The notes: generated by a model from the letters alone, not told the origin. A stretch of DNA of 64,000 nt from Scyliorhinus canicula (GCF_902713615.1 NC_052157.1:60662146-60726145); one strand, 5' to 3'; numbered from the stretch's first letter, positions 35,739 to 48,689 are shown. A program made the numbers and translations.

Positions 35739-36315
35739 TGATGCACGATCAATTGCACAAAGACTCAGATTGGGTACAACTATGGCTTTATTGCAGTCAG
35801 GTGTGTGGCCTACTGCAGCTGGCGAAATGGCAGATCAATGGAGGACAGGCATATTTATACAGCTCCTCGTGGGTGGAGCCAGCCGGCAGGGGCTACCGTC
35901 GAACCTGTAGTACAGGTCCCACATCCCCTACTACAGGTGTACACAGTGGTTCACCACGTTCACCCCCTGCTAAAAATGAGTCCGGCGGGGGTGGTGTGGA
36001 ACTATATACAATGTTGCGAATTATGTACAGTGTCTTATAAAATGAGTGGGGAAGGAAAAAAATGTCCGTTTTGATGGTCCGGTGCCCGTCAGAGGTTCAG
36101 TCAATCCGGTGCTTTGATGATTCGCTGGGAGCGACGTAACGGTGGCGGCGATGTTGGTGCTGGCGGTGCTGGTGTCACTGACGTTGGTGCTGGTGCTGTC
36201 CTACAGTCAGCTGACCCCGGGAACGTGCCAAAATCTTCTTTGTCCTCTTGCGTGGGCAGGGGTAGGAGGGATGGACCTGGTGGGGTTAATGTTGGTATCG
36301 CCGGGGGAGGGGAAG
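35739..36315 (-). mobile_element. Gypsy 3' fragment: integrase tail, PPT and 3' LTR (35739-35958)
   Basis: PLRRSQRIIKAPD; GCAGGGGGTGAA tract; LTR related to 59027-59253. Confidence 0.85.
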
Positions 36316-36734
36316 TGTAACCACCTGAGGTGGCCACGTCCCGATTACAAAATGGACACTTTGCAAAGAATGAAGGGAAAAATGGACAATGCTGAGAAAG
36401 CAAGCAGGTGCAAGGTTTGTCTGTTGATTGGAGTTGTAGCTCCCAGACAAGACTGATACTGCAAAGCCATTAACATATTAATGAGCCATCTCCGGGGACA
36501 AAAGAGAAACATTTAGGTAAACGATACTAAAGCAGACACCCCGGCGCCAGAGGAGACTAGAACAAAGCAGGCCACCTCAGGTGGCTACACTTCCCCTCCC
36601 CCAGCGCTACCAACATTAACCCCACCAGGTCCATCCCTCCTACCCCTGCCCACGCAAGAGGACAAAGAAGATTTTGGCACGTTCCCGGGGTCAGCTGACT
36701 GTAGGACAGCACCAGCACCAACGTCAGTGACACC
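36171..36734. repeat. 165-bp inverted repeat (arms 36171-36335 and 36570-36734, 234-bp spacer)
   Basis: About 3 mismatches by eye; the right arm lies inside the proviral LTR. Confidence 0.92.
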
Positions 36735-37349
36735 TAGGGCCTGCCCAGCAATCAGGGCAGCCACCCCTTTATTGGAGGAAATCGATACCAATGAGGAGGA
36801 CATGGTCCAATTAATTTGGACCAAGTTCAAGGACGCCCCAAAAGCGTGCGAAGCCCCCTTCGGGTATAAGAAGAAGCCGCCAAGAGAGAATTGTTCTTCT
36901 TGGCCTTGGCTCTCAGCAACGAGGGCCCTGCCTAGCAGCTGCACCAGAACAAGTAAGTCCAAAGTCAACGCACGCTACGAGATAGACGCTCCTAGATACT
37001 ATTCCATACCAGCTCGATCCCAGCAGCCTCAGAACCGGACAACGGCCATTGATCCTCTGACTGAGTGGGCGCCCGAAGCTAAGTATGGGCTTTAGTAGTA
37101 GTGATAGTTTAGTTGGTAGAGTTTGTGCATGAGTATAATTGACTGTGTGTGTAAATAAATGAGTATTGATTTCGAACTTACTAACTGGTGTATCGAGTCT
37201 TTGATCAGTATTCGGTTGTGAACCTTGTGGCGGTATCGAAAGATACCTGCCGACTGTTGAGCAAACGTAATTAGAATTAAGGACGGCGACCATATTAACT
37301 GCCATAAACAGAGCCAATTAAAGAGAGAACACAATGAGCAACATTTTAC

Positions 37350-37367
37350 TGGCGACCCAGATGGGAC
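37350..37367 (+). other. Primer-binding site complementary to tRNA-Arg(CCG) 3' end
   Basis: TGGCGACCCAGATGGGAC(TCGA) is the reverse complement of ...TCGAGTCCCATCTGGGTCG-CCA (vertebrate tRNA-Arg-CCG, recalled). Confidence 0.88.
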
Positions 37368-38800
37368 TCGATTTAGAAGTGGCCTCACCACTCCGAGAGA
37401 ACCCAAATTTGAATTGGAATCCAATTAGAAACAGAAAAACCACAAGCGTTAGGACAATACTGATCAAGCCTCCGAGATTCAGAAGTGTGTTAATGCATGC
37501 GTACTAATGGGGATATAAAGTAAACCTGAAAGATTTTGTTGCGTAAAACTGTCGGGAATTTTGTAGGCCGGAAAATAGTGTAAGTCGTACCTATGTCTAC
37601 ATCACCACTTTATCACCCCCTGTTCCAAATTCAGTAGAGAACCCAGAGATAGAGAAGATGGCTATGAAGGCAATGGAACGCCTTATGAACCCCCAGGAAT
37701 TCGAGGTCGCAGCGACCAGTAGAGTAGGACAGTGTCCCGTGTGGGAAGATGAGATCAGAAAATATCTCAAAGGGAAAGGATGGCCCCTTTGGGGTGAATT
37801 CTGCGGCAGTGACGAAACAGGTCCCGGGAGTATAGGACATACTTGGTGGGAGAACCTGTCAGAGATCCACAAGAAGAGCTTAGGAAATGCTCGCAAGCCG
37901 ATGGCAATCGTGTCCTGGTTGGCACAATTGCGAGGCACAGAGGAGGTCATTACGACGCTCCGTAGAGAGATTGAGGAGAGAGACAGAAATAGTGAGATAG
38001 ATGTGAGTGAAGTTGAGAAGGAGAATAAGGAGTTAAGAGAGAAGTTAGCAGCAAGGGACAGAGAGGTGGGATGATGCCAAGAGGGCACACCAGTCTTGTC
38101 TCGTGCACTTAAGTAGTTTCCGGACCCAGTATGATAAGGCCTACCAGGACACGCAACGTGCGGTCTTGGTACAGAAATTGCAGAAACAGTGCAATGATTT
38201 CAAAGCAGCCCTACGAGCACTCCATACTTCCACAATGGAACAAAGGCAGAGCTCCGTAGACCACGCAAAGTGCCGGAAGCAAATTGCAGAATTGCAATCT
38301 CTGCTTTCCGTTCAGAATGGGTTTCAGAGTACATTTGGACCCCAGTTAGATCAGGAAAACGGCCCCGATTGGCAGGAATTGAATGGAACTGCCCATAGAT
38401 ACGTACATGGGAAATGTTTGCAGGAAAAACCCCAGAAAAGGAGAGCACCCCAGCCCCCGACTGAACAGTCAGAACATATCCCCATGAACCCTGTAACCAC
38501 ACACCACAGGGCCGCAGCAGAAGGAGACATTGGTTTCCTTTACACAACCCTGTTAACCGTAACTCAATTACGGGACGTGTGTGGAAAAATTACACCGTTC
38601 CTTCCCACATCAGACCCCCACCAGTTTTTCGCTAAAGTTAGACAGCAGGCCACCATGTATGGCCTTGATGAGAGAGAGCAGGTAAAGCTCACGGTTTTAA
38701 GCCTCGACCCTTCATAGAACATAGAACACTACAGCGCAGTACGGGCCCTTCGGCCCTCGATGTTGCGCCGACCTGTGAAACCATCTGAAGCCTATCTGAC

Positions 38801-41546
38801 CTACACTATTCCATTTTCATCCATATGTCTATCCAGTGACCACTTAAATGCCCTTAAAGTTGGCAAGTCTACTACTATTGCAGGCAGGGCGTTCCACACC
38901 CCTACTACTCTCTGAGTAAAGAAACTGCCTCTCACATCTGTCCTATATCTATCACCCCTCAATTTAAAGCTATGTCCCCTCGTGTTGGTCATCACCATCC
39001 GAGGAAAAAGACTCTCACTGTCCACCCTATCTAACCCTCTGACTATCTTATATGTCTCTATTAAGTCACCTCTCAGCCTTCTCCTCTCTAACGAAAACAA
39101 CCTCAATTCCCTGAGCCTTTCCTCGTAAGACCTTCCCTCCATACCAGGCAACATCCTAGTAAATCTCCTCTGAACCCTTTCCAAAGCTTCCACATCCTTC
39201 CTATAATGTGGTGACCAGAACTGCACGCAGTACTCCAGGTGTGGCCGCACCAGAGTTATGTACAGCTGCAGCATGACCTTGTGGTTCCGAAACTCAATCC
39301 CCCTGCTTATAAAGGCTAGCACACCATATGCCTTCTTAACAGCCCTATTAACCTGGGTGGCAACTTTCAGGGATTTATGTACCTGGATGCCGAGATCTCT
39401 CTGTTCATCTACACCAAGAATCTTGCCATTAGCCCAGTACTCTGCATTCCTGTTACTCCTTCCAAAGTGAACCACCTCACACTTTTCCGCATTAAACTCC
39501 ATCTGCCACCTCTCAGCCCAGCTCTGCAGCTTATCTATGTCCCTCTGTATCCTATAACATCCTTCAGCACTATCCACAACTCCACCGACCTTCGTGTCAT
39601 CTGCAAATTTACTAACCCATCCTTCTACACCCTCTTCCAGGTCATTTATAAAAATGACAAACAGCAGTGGCCCCAAAACAGATCCTTGCGGTACACCACT
39701 AGTAACTGAACTCCAGGATGAACATTTGCCATCAACCACCACCCTCTGTCTTCTTTCAGCTAGCCAATTACTGATCCAAACCGCTAAATCACCTTCAATT
39801 CCATACTTCCTTATTTTGTGCAATAGCCTACCGTGGGGAACCTTATCAAACGCCTTACTGAAATCCATATACACCACATCAACAGCTTTACCCTGATCCA
39901 CCTGTTTGGTCACCTTCTCAAAAAACTCAATAAGGTTTGTGAGACATGACCTACCCTTCACAAAACCGTGTTGAGTATCGCTAATCAACTTGTTCTTTTC
40001 AAGATGATTATAAACCCTATCTCTTATAACCTTTTCCAACATTTTACCCACAACCGAAGTAAGGCTCACAGGTCTATAATTACCAGGGTTGTCTCTACTC
40101 CCCTTCTTGAACAAGGGGACAACATTTGCTATCCTCCAGTCTTCCGGCACTATTCCTGTCGACAAAGACGACATAAAGATCAAGGACAAAGGCTCTGCAA
40201 TCTCCTCCCTGCCTTCCCAGAGAATCCTAGGATAAATCCCATCTGGCCCAGGGGACTTATCTATTTTGACATTTTCTAAAATTGCTAACACCTCCTCCTT
40301 TTGAACCTCAATTCCATCTAGCCTGGTCGACTGAACCTGAGTGTTCTCCTCGACAACATTGTCTTTCTCCAGTGTAAACACTGACGAAAAATATCCATTT
40401 AATGCTTCCCCTATCTCCTCTGATTCCACACACAACTTTCCACTACTATCCTTGATTGGCCCTAATCTTACTCTAGTCATTCTTTTGTTCCTGATATACC
40501 TATAGAAAGCCTTAGGGTTTTCCTTGATCCTATCCGCCAACGACTTTTCGTGTCCTCTCCTCGCTCTTCTTAACTCTCCCTTTAGGTCCTTCCTGGCTAA
40601 CTTGTAACTCTCAAGTGCCCTAACTGAGCCTTCATGTCTCATCCTAACATAAGCCTTCTTCTTCCTCTTGACAAGTGCTTCAACTTCCTTAGTAAACCAC
40701 GGTTCCCTTGCTCGACAACTTCCTCCCTGCCTGACAGGTACATACTTATCAAGGACACGCAGTAGCTGTTCCTTGAAAAAGCTCCACATTTCGATTGTAC
40801 CCATCCCCTGCAGTTTCCTTCCCCATCCTATACATCCTAAATCTTGCCGAATAGCATCATAATTGCCTTTCCCCCAGCTATAATTCTTGCCTTGCGGTAT
40901 ATACCTATCCCTGCCCATAGCTAAAGTAAACATAACCGAGTTGTGATCACTATCACCAAAGTGCTCACCTACATCTAAAATCTGGCCGGGTTCATTACCC
41001 AGTACCAAATCCAATGTGGCCTCGCCCCTTGTTGGCCTGTCTACATACTGTGTCAGAAAACCCTCCTGCACACACTGCACAAAAACTGACCCATCTATAG
41101 TACTCGAACTATAGTATTTCCAGTCAATATTTGGAAAGTTAAAGTCCCCCATAACAACTACCCTGTTACTCTCGCTCCTGTCAAGAATCATCTTTGCAAT
41201 CCTTTCCTCTACATCTCTGGAACTATTCGTAGGTCTATAGACAACTCCCAACAGGGTGACCTCTCCTCTACTGTTCCTCACCTCGGCCCATACTGCCTCA
41301 GTAGACGAGTCCTCAAGCGTCCTTTCTACCGCCGTAATACTTTCCTTGATTAACAATGCCACACCCCCCCCTCTTTTACCATCTTCTCTGTTCTTACTGA
41401 AACATCTAAACCCTGGAACCTGCAACAACCATTCCTGTCCCTGCTCTACCCATGTCTCCGAAATCGCCACAACATCGAGATCCCAGGTACCAACCCATGC
41501 TGCAAGCTCACCCACCTTATTCCGGATGCTCCTGGCATTGAAGTAG
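38801..41546 (-). CDS. CR1 ORF2 (APE endonuclease and RT), open; N-terminus separated by an LTR insertion
   Basis: YFNARSIRNK, MGDFNFP, DFSKAFDKV, FADDTK; joins ...GLNCV at 42497 and beyond. Confidence 0.93.
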
Positions 41547-42496
41547 TGTTGCATGTTTTACTTGAGTGTAATACGCGTTTATTGGAGTGTATTAACACGC
41601 CTCCGTTTAAAGGCCGTGTGCTTAACACTGCTAGGCTCTGTATGTGTATTTTCAGCTCGGGAGTCGCCAGGTGTCGTATATAAACACCTCACAAATATTC
41701 CAAGGTCAGGTTCAAAGTAATAAAACTATACACCGATTAGTAAGTTCCAACGATCAATATTTATTATACAAATATAATAAATACGCATGCACACGCTAAA
41801 GACTAATACCTATTTCTACTATTAAACGACTAAATACTTATCTAAGTGGAAACCAGCAAGGTCAGGGGACAAGGCCTTTGGTCCTTTCTTAGCTGCACCT
41901 TCTGTTCGTTCTTAGAAGAGTACTGTATAAGTTCACGTAGCGAGCGTCATTTTGGGACTTACTGAACGATGGCTGGTGCTCAACGGCTGGTGATGGAAGA
42001 CAGGATCTGGAGACTGGAGTCGAAGTCGAAACAGCAAGCCGGAGCAACAAAACAGACAGGACCATGTGTGGTCCCCAATGTCCGTGCCTTTTCGGGGCGG
42101 GCTTTACCTTCCATGCATTGATTGGATCAATTCTCAATCGATGTCTCACTAATTCCCCAATCTGAGGGTCCCTTCTCGATGGGTGGGGCGGTCTCTAGGG
42201 TCTTTTGAGATGGATACTTCTGGTGCCGTTTTGTCTGGGCCTTCACTTAAAGTATCTATTCAAAACCAAATGTTGCTATTGTGTGTGCCCAGATCTGGAT
42301 TGCCTCATTAATATGCAAAGCGTTTTGCTATTAACACCTTTGGTTGAGATCTTCCACCTGGCCAGAAACTAGTTTTGCTGCGTGCAAAATGCTAATCAGT
42401 CTTTGCAGACTGCTTGTCTTGGCTAAACAGCTTTTTTCCCTGCAGTCTTAGCAGTTCTCCATTTTGTTAGCCCAGTGTCCATCTTAGGTGGCTACA
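41547..42496 (-). mobile_element. Solo LTR, family B, inside CR1 ORF2
   Basis: TG...CA ends; TSD GTAG/TTAG. Confidence 0.9.
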
Positions 42497-42627
42497 TTAG
42501 ACACAGTTCAAACCAGCGTCCTGCTTGCCGGTGCCCTCTTTCGAACTTTTAACCCTATCCCTGACCTCACTACTCTCAACATCCTGTACACTGGGACTAC
42601 AATTTAGGTTCCCATCCCCCTGCTGAA

Positions 42628-43578
42628 TTAGTTTAAACCCCCCCCCCCCCCGCGAAGAGCACTAGCAAATCTCCCCCCCAGGATATTGGTACCCCTCTGG
42701 TTCAGGTGAAGACCATCCTGTTTGTAGAGGTCCCACCTACCCCAGAATGAGCCCCAATTATCCAGGAAACCAAAACCCTCCCTCCTGCACCATCCCTGTA
42801 GCCACGTGTTCAACTCCTCTCTCTCCTTATTTCTCACTTCGCTAGCACGTGGCACGGGTAACAACCCAGAGATAACAACTCTGTTTGTTCTAGCTCTCAG
42901 CTTCCACCCTAGCTCCCTGAATTTCTGTCTCAAATCCCCATCTCTCTTCCTAACTGTGTCGTTGGTACCTATGTGGACCACGACTTGGGGCTGCTCCCCC
43001 TCCCCCTTAAGGATCCCAAAAACACGATCAGAGACATCACGAACCCTGGCACCTGGGGGGCAACACACCAACCGTGAGTCTCTTTCGTTCCCACAGAACC
43101 TCCTGTCTGTTCCTCTAACTATGGAGTCCCAAATGACAAGTGCTCTGTTCCTCTTCTCCCTTCCCTTCTGAGCAACAGGGACAGAATGTGTGCCAGAGAC
43201 CTGCGCCCTATTGCTTACCCCTGGTAAGTCGTCCCCCGCAACAGTATCCAAAACGGTATACTTGTTATAGAGGGGAACGACCACAGGGGATCCCTGCACT
43301 GCCTGCTGGTTCCCTCTCCCTCCCCTGACGGTAACCCATCTACTTTCTTTTTTTACCTGAGGTGTGACTACCTCCCTATAACTCCTCTCAATAACCTCTT
43401 CCGCCTCCCGAATGATCCGAAGTTCATCCAGCTCCAGCTCCAGGTCCCTAATGCGGCTCTCGAGGAGCTGGAGTTGGGTGCACTTCCCGCAGATGTAGTC
43501 AGAAGGGACACTAGAGGTGACCCTTTCCTCCCACATTCTGCAGGAGGAACATTCAACTGCCCTAGCCTCCATTCCCAC
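42628..43578 (-). CDS. CR1 ORF1 (zinc finger/leucine zipper and SGNH esterase), 316 aa
   Basis: CSSC...CGKC, DSIVRG, VHIGTND, DGLHLN. Confidence 0.9.
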   Translation of the reverse strand: MGMEARAVECSSCRMWEERVTSSVPSDYICGKCTQLQLLESRIRDLELELDELRIIREAEEVIERSYREVVTPQVKKESRWVTVRGGRGNQQAVQGSPVVVPLYNKYTVLDTVAGDDLPGVSNRAQVSGTHSVPVAQKGREKRNRALVIWDSIVRGTDRRFCGNERDSRLVCCPPGARVRDVSDRVFGILKGEGEQPQVVVHIGTNDTVRKRDGDLRQKFRELGWKLRARTNRVVISGLLPVPRASEVRNKEREELNTWLQGWCRREGFGFLDNWGSFWGRWDLYKQDGLHLNQRGTNILGGRFASALRGGGGGLN

Positions 43579-44401
43579 TGAATTAACTTCCCAACTACTG
43601 AAAAATAAAAATTAAAAAAACTTGTTAGTTTAGCAATCCAACGGACAGAGCTTTTTTTTTGGTTAGAGGAGGATGGGTGGGAGACACTACGTAAGTAGTG
43701 TTTCGTGTAAAGCTGTCACTCGAGAACAGCCCCTTCACAAACCACCTTCAGTCGTGGCAGCCCTTCCAACCCACAGAATGTAGGAGGAGGCACCCTCAAA
43801 GAGATGCACACAGCGATCCTTGATGCGATCGGCTACAACAGAGGAGACCCGGTAGAAGGCCTCAACAAGTGGAGGCAAAAGAAGACAGAGCACCCCACAG
43901 CGTTTGCTGGCGCTTGTGGATCCACTTCACAGCAGTTTTCGGAGAGTTAGCCCGCGCCCATTTGTCCGCAGATAATATGGCCAAATGGACTCGAATCCTG
44001 GTCTCTCATGCGACAGAGGCAGGACAGAGAGCTTGCGCAAATTATGATCCCTCAGATGAGGCCCACAACGTGAAATGGGTCCTAAAAAGATTATCCCACC
44101 CTTAGGAGCAATCAGTCCAAGGCAAAACACATTTACAAAACCTGAGGAAGAACAGGCAGACATGAATCCAGTTAAAGTGCACCAGCACCCATGGGTAAAC
44201 GAGGGCAGGAACAGCCCACCCCAACCCAAATCCCAAGAGTGTTACAACTGTGGACAGTTAGGACACTTTGCACGAGAGTACAATGCGCCACAAAAGCAGC
44301 AGAGAGTCCAACAGACAGGCACCCTAAATAGGAATAGGGCAGAGCCGATCCATAGCGTTAGCGCCCGTTCAGACAATGGAGACATGAACGGCACCGACTG
44401 A

Positions 44402-44690
44402 CGGTGTTCGGACTCCCCAACTTGGGTCTGCGACACCCTTTGGGACAAGTCCGGTAGACCGGTAGTAGCAGGCAAAGTCCGGGGACAGCCTGTAGAATTT
44501 CTTTGGGACACTGGAGGGTCCCACACCACACTCAATTCCTCCACAATGTTCCAACAAAACACATGGCCACAACAGACACCATCACACTCAGCGGCTTTAC
44601 AGGTCATTTGCAGCAGGAACACATCACAGCCCCTATAGCGATACAGATAGGCAACATTACCACCATAGTTTTAGTTGATCTGCCCCAGAC
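44402..44690 (+). pseudogene. pro: Aspartic protease in frame with gag after TGA; truncated
   Basis: RCSDSPTWVCDTLWDKSGRPVVAGKVRGQPVEFLWDTGGSHTT. Confidence 0.82.
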
Positions 44691-44697
44691 AGCTGTG

Positions 44698-45252
44698 TGA
44701 TGTTTACGAATTAAGTAATGGCATGATGGGAAAACTGGTCAACTACTTGGTACAATGTAAGAAAAGCTGACTTCGCATGACCTAAAGCCTGAATAAGATT
44801 GGAGAAGGTCAAGCCGTTCCGAAATGCCTGACCTCTGCAACTTCTGATCAGACTAACTCGTCATAACACAAGGCAGTCTAAATAAAACGAGATAAGGTCA
44901 GGAAAGAACAAGTCTCCTCCGACCTTTTAATGTTCCATCAAAGGACAAGATAATGGTATGAGTGATGAGACAAAGAGTTCTCAAAGGTCAGCAAGGTGAC
45001 GCCTGTTTTATGATATTGCTTATGTTTATACTTCTGATCGAATTCCTGACTAAGCTGTAGTCACGTAATCCTGATTCTGATAATGTATAAATACTGAGCT
45101 GATTCTCTGTGAAAGCGCAAACGTAGGAAGGAATCAGCAGTAATACTAACTGCTCTCTGACCTCGAGTTTCAGCCATTACTGCACGCAGTCTGTTCGCAA
45201 ATAAAGTCTTGTCATTTTTCCATAACGAGCGTTGTTGAATCTTTCTACCACA
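44698..45252 (+). mobile_element. LTR, family C (no TSD found)
   Basis: TG...ACCACA; TATAAA at about 45085; AATAAA at about 45200. Confidence 0.7.
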
Positions 45253-45274
45253 GTCCAGAAGCGGGAAAAATATT

Positions 45275-45601
45275 CAGCGGAATTCTCTCATCAGGAGACA
45301 AACAGCCGACGCCGGAGTGAAACCCGGAGTGTTTCACTCCGGCGTCGGAGGCCGCTCCTCGCCCCTATTCTCCCCCCCTCTGGGGGGCTAGGAGCGGCGG
45401 CGCGTGAATCTCGGGCGCCGGGCCTTGACGCTTGCGTCAAAGCGCGCGCCGGGAATGACGCGGCCGGCTAAGCCTAAGTGACGTCAGCCGCGCATGCGCA
45501 GGTTGGCCGGCGCCAAGCCGCGCATGCGCGATTTTCGTCTTCCCTCCGCTGCCCCGCAAGACATGGCGGCTTGATCTTGCGGGGCGGCGGAGGGAAAAGA
45601 G
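45275..45601. mobile_element. Half of a GC-rich MITE, cut off at the Gypsy LTR
   Basis: GCGGAATTCTC start; similar to 17367-18055 and 61686-62319. Confidence 0.7.
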
Positions 45602-48252
45602 TGATGGAACCATCAATTCACGAGACACGTGCTTTAAGATATGAACAATGGTTTTAATCTACTTACTACAGAGCCAACCTGTTACCCGTTGAACTCTCGA
45701 TGAACTGCAGGCTAGCTCTGGACATGGTTATTTATACAGCAGTCTAGGGGAGGAGTCGTGGGCGGAGCCAAGGGTGGAGCCCTGTACAAACTCCTGAGCA
45801 TTCCCAGAGCTACTCCCCCTAGTGGTCGGATAACGCTACTGCGCTTACAATGGTATTGGTAAATACAGTGTGAATTACTAAGTTACATTCACCACATGCA
45901 CCCTCTGCAAAAAAAATCAAGTCCGGCGGGGGTGGTGGTCTACAAAGTAAGTCTGTCCGGTGGTCGAATTGTCCGCTGTGATCTGTGGAGCACCGGCGTT
46001 GCAGCCTCTTGCGGTGGCTGGATGGGTGTTGTGTGCTGGGGTACAATGGCGGACTCCAGGGAGGGTTGTGTCCGAGCTTAATACTCTTCTGGTTCAACCG
46101 GAGACTGGGGGCGCTGGGGGCTGGCCGGTGCGGGTGCACGGAACTGGTGGAGTGACTCGTGGGCTCGGGAGCACGAGGGGGCGGCAGCATGGGGTGTAGG
46201 GTGAGGGGTCCTTCTGTGGGAGTAGAGGGGGCGCTGGATCCGGCGGGTGCCAGATCCCGGAGGGATACTGTGTCCTGGCGGCCATCAGGGAACTCGACGA
46301 AGGCGTACTGGGGATTGGAGTGGAGCAGGTGCACCTTCTCAACAAGGGGGTCGGTTTTGTGTGCCCTGTCGTGTTTCCTCAGGAGTACCGGACCCGGTGT
46401 CCTCAGCCATGCCGGAAGTGAGACCCCCATGGTAGTGCCCCTGGAAAAAATGAAGAGCCTCTCGTGAGGGGTCTGATTGGTCGCTGTGCATAAGAGAGAC
46501 CTAATAGCGTGGAGCACGTCTGGGAGGACTTCCTGCCACTGGGAGACTTGGAGCCTTCTAGACCGGAGGGTCAGTAGGATGGTCTTCCAGACCGTCGCGT
46601 TCTCCCTCTCCACCTGCCCGTTCCCCCTGGGGTTGTAGCTAGTAGTCCTGCTCGAGGCAATGCCCTTGTCGAGCAGGTACTGGCGCAGCTCGTCGCTCAT
46701 GAAGGACGAACCCTGGTCGCTGTGTACGTAGCTGGGGAAACCAAACAGGGTGAAGATACTATGCAGGGCCCTAATGACTGTGTGGGAGGTCATGTCGGGG
46801 CACGGGATAGCAAATGGGAAACGGGAGAACTCATCTACGACGTTTAGGAAGTAAACGTTCTTGTTAGTTGAGAGGAGTGGCCCTTTGAAATCAATCGCGA
46901 GGCGTTCAAAGGGCCTAGAAGCCTTGACCAGGTGGGCCCTGTCTGGTCTATAGAAGTTCGGTTTGCACTCCGCACAGATCGGGCAGTCCCTGGTGACCGC
47001 TTTTACCTCCTCGTAGGAGAAAGGCAGGTTTCGGGCTCTGATGTAGTGGGCGAGCCGGGTGATCCCCGGGTGGCAGAGGTCGTTGTGGATGACGTTCAGT
47101 CGGTCAATCTGCGCACTGGCGCATGTCCCGCGGGATAGGGCATCCGGAGGCTCGTTGAGCTTCCCGGGTCGATACTTAATATCGTAATTATAGGTGGAGA
47201 GTTTGATCCTCCACCGAAGAATTTTATCATTTTTTATTTTGCCCCTTTGCGAGTTATCAAACATAAAGGCAACCGATCTTTGGTCGGTGATGAGGGTGAT
47301 CCTCCTACCTGCGAGGTAGTGCCTCCAGTAACGAATTGCCTCCACAATGGCTTGTGCTTCTTTCTCGACTGAGGAGTGTCGGAGTTCTGAAGCGGAGAGG
47401 GTACGGGAGAAAAAAGCGACTGGTCTCCCTGCCTGATTTAGTGTGGCTGCTACAGCTACCTCTGAGGCGTCGCTCTCAACCTGGATTGGAGTGGATTCAT
47501 CCACCGCCCGCATGGCTGCTTTGGCGATGTCCTCCTTGATGCAGTTGAAGGCCTGGCGCGCCTCAGCAGACAGGGGAAATCGTGTGGCCTTAAAGAGTGG
47601 GCGGGCTTTGTCCGCATGTTGAGGGACCCACTGGGCGTAGAAGCCCAAGCACCGTTTGAGGGCCTTGGGGCAATGGGGGAGGGGGAGCATGCGGTCCGGG
47701 TCTGGGCCCAGGACTCCGTTTTCCATGACGTAGCCAAGGATGGCCAGTCTGTTTGTGCGGAAAACGCATTTCTCTTTGTTGTAGGTGATGTTTAATTTCT
47801 GTGCCGTCTGGAAAAAACGGTGGAGGTTGACGTCGTGGTCCTGCTGGTCATGGCCGCAGATGGTGACATTGTCCAAGTACGGAAACGTGGCCCGCAGCCC
47901 GTACTGGTCCACCATTCGGTCCATTGCTCGTTGGAACACCGAGACCCCATTAGTGACGCCGAAGGGGACCCGGAGGAAATGGAAGAAGCGGCCATCCACC
48001 TCGAATGCCGTGTAGTGGCAGTCCTCCGGGCAGATTGGGAGCTGGTGGTATGCAGACTTCAGATCCACCGTGGAAAAGAGCCAATACTGGGCGATCTGAT
48101 TTACCATGTCTGCAATCCTGGGGAGGGGATACGCGTCGAGGAGCGTAAATCTATTTATGGTCTGACTATAGTCGACAACCATGCAGAATTTTTCCCTGGT
48201 CTTAACGACCACCACCTGAGCTCTCCAGGGACTATTGCTGGCCTCTATAATC
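45602..48252 (-). mobile_element. Gypsy element 2, 5'-truncated (RT-RH-IN, PPT, 3' LTR 45602-45896)
   Basis: 798-aa open frame 45819-48215 with PYLDNVTICG, ESDASE, IDFKGP, HSDQGSSF; TG...CA LTR. Confidence 0.95.
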
Positions 48253-48675
48253 TGTTGCGACTTCTTGGGTGAGTGTGCTTAACACTCAATCTGGCTGTTT
48301 CTTTACCTAGCTCTGGAGTCGCCAGGTATCGTTAAGACACCGCCACAAGTTCAAGGTGAAGTTCAAAGCAATAAAACCATACACCAATTAGTAAGTCCAA
48401 ACAACTGAGTTTATTATAATACAATTATAATAACTACCCATGCACACGCTAAAAGGATTAAACTTATTCCTACCACTAAATAAATGAATACTTATCTTGA
48501 AGGAACTGCCGGGTCAGGGAACAAGGCCTCTTGCTCTGCTCTGGTCTGCAGACTTCAGGTTGGTATAAGTTAAAAGGGGTCAGGAGTGTCTATCTCTGGT
48601 AGTGATCGTTGTGAGACACTTACTTGCTGGCGGCTGCTGTCCGAACCCTCTCCTCTCTCTCGTTCAAGGTCTTCT
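48253..48675 (-). mobile_element. Partial family-B LTR
   Basis: Almost identical to 21754-22175 except the terminal bases; truncated against CR1 sequence. Confidence 0.9.
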
Positions 48676-48689
48676 AAGCAAAATCAGGA

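Larger units (their letters stand above)
38715..43744 (-). mobile_element. Full-length CR1 LINE inserted in gag
   Basis: CCTTCA TSD (38709-38714, 43745-43750); 5' UTR, ORF1, ORF2, (TTCTATG)n tail. Confidence 0.95.
37658..44401 (+). pseudogene. gag: Retroviral-like gag, frameshifted and split by CR1 at 38714/43751
   Basis: LSLDPS|VVAALP rejoins across the insertion; 1-nt indels near 38070, 43768 and 43910; last knuckle Cys replaced by Tyr. Confidence 0.82.
36316..44697 (+). mobile_element. Decayed retrovirus-like provirus: 5' LTR, PBS, gag, pro; RT, IN, env and 3' LTR absent; CR1 inserted in gag
   Basis: Family-B LTR 36316-37343; tRNA-Arg PBS; gag with coiled coil, MHR-like QKKTEHPTAF and CYNCGQLGHFAREY; protease FLWDTGGS. 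Confidence 0.88.

Noticed and set aside
44698-45252. 3' LTR of the provirus
   Set aside because: No similarity to the 5' LTR at 36316-37343 and no PPT.
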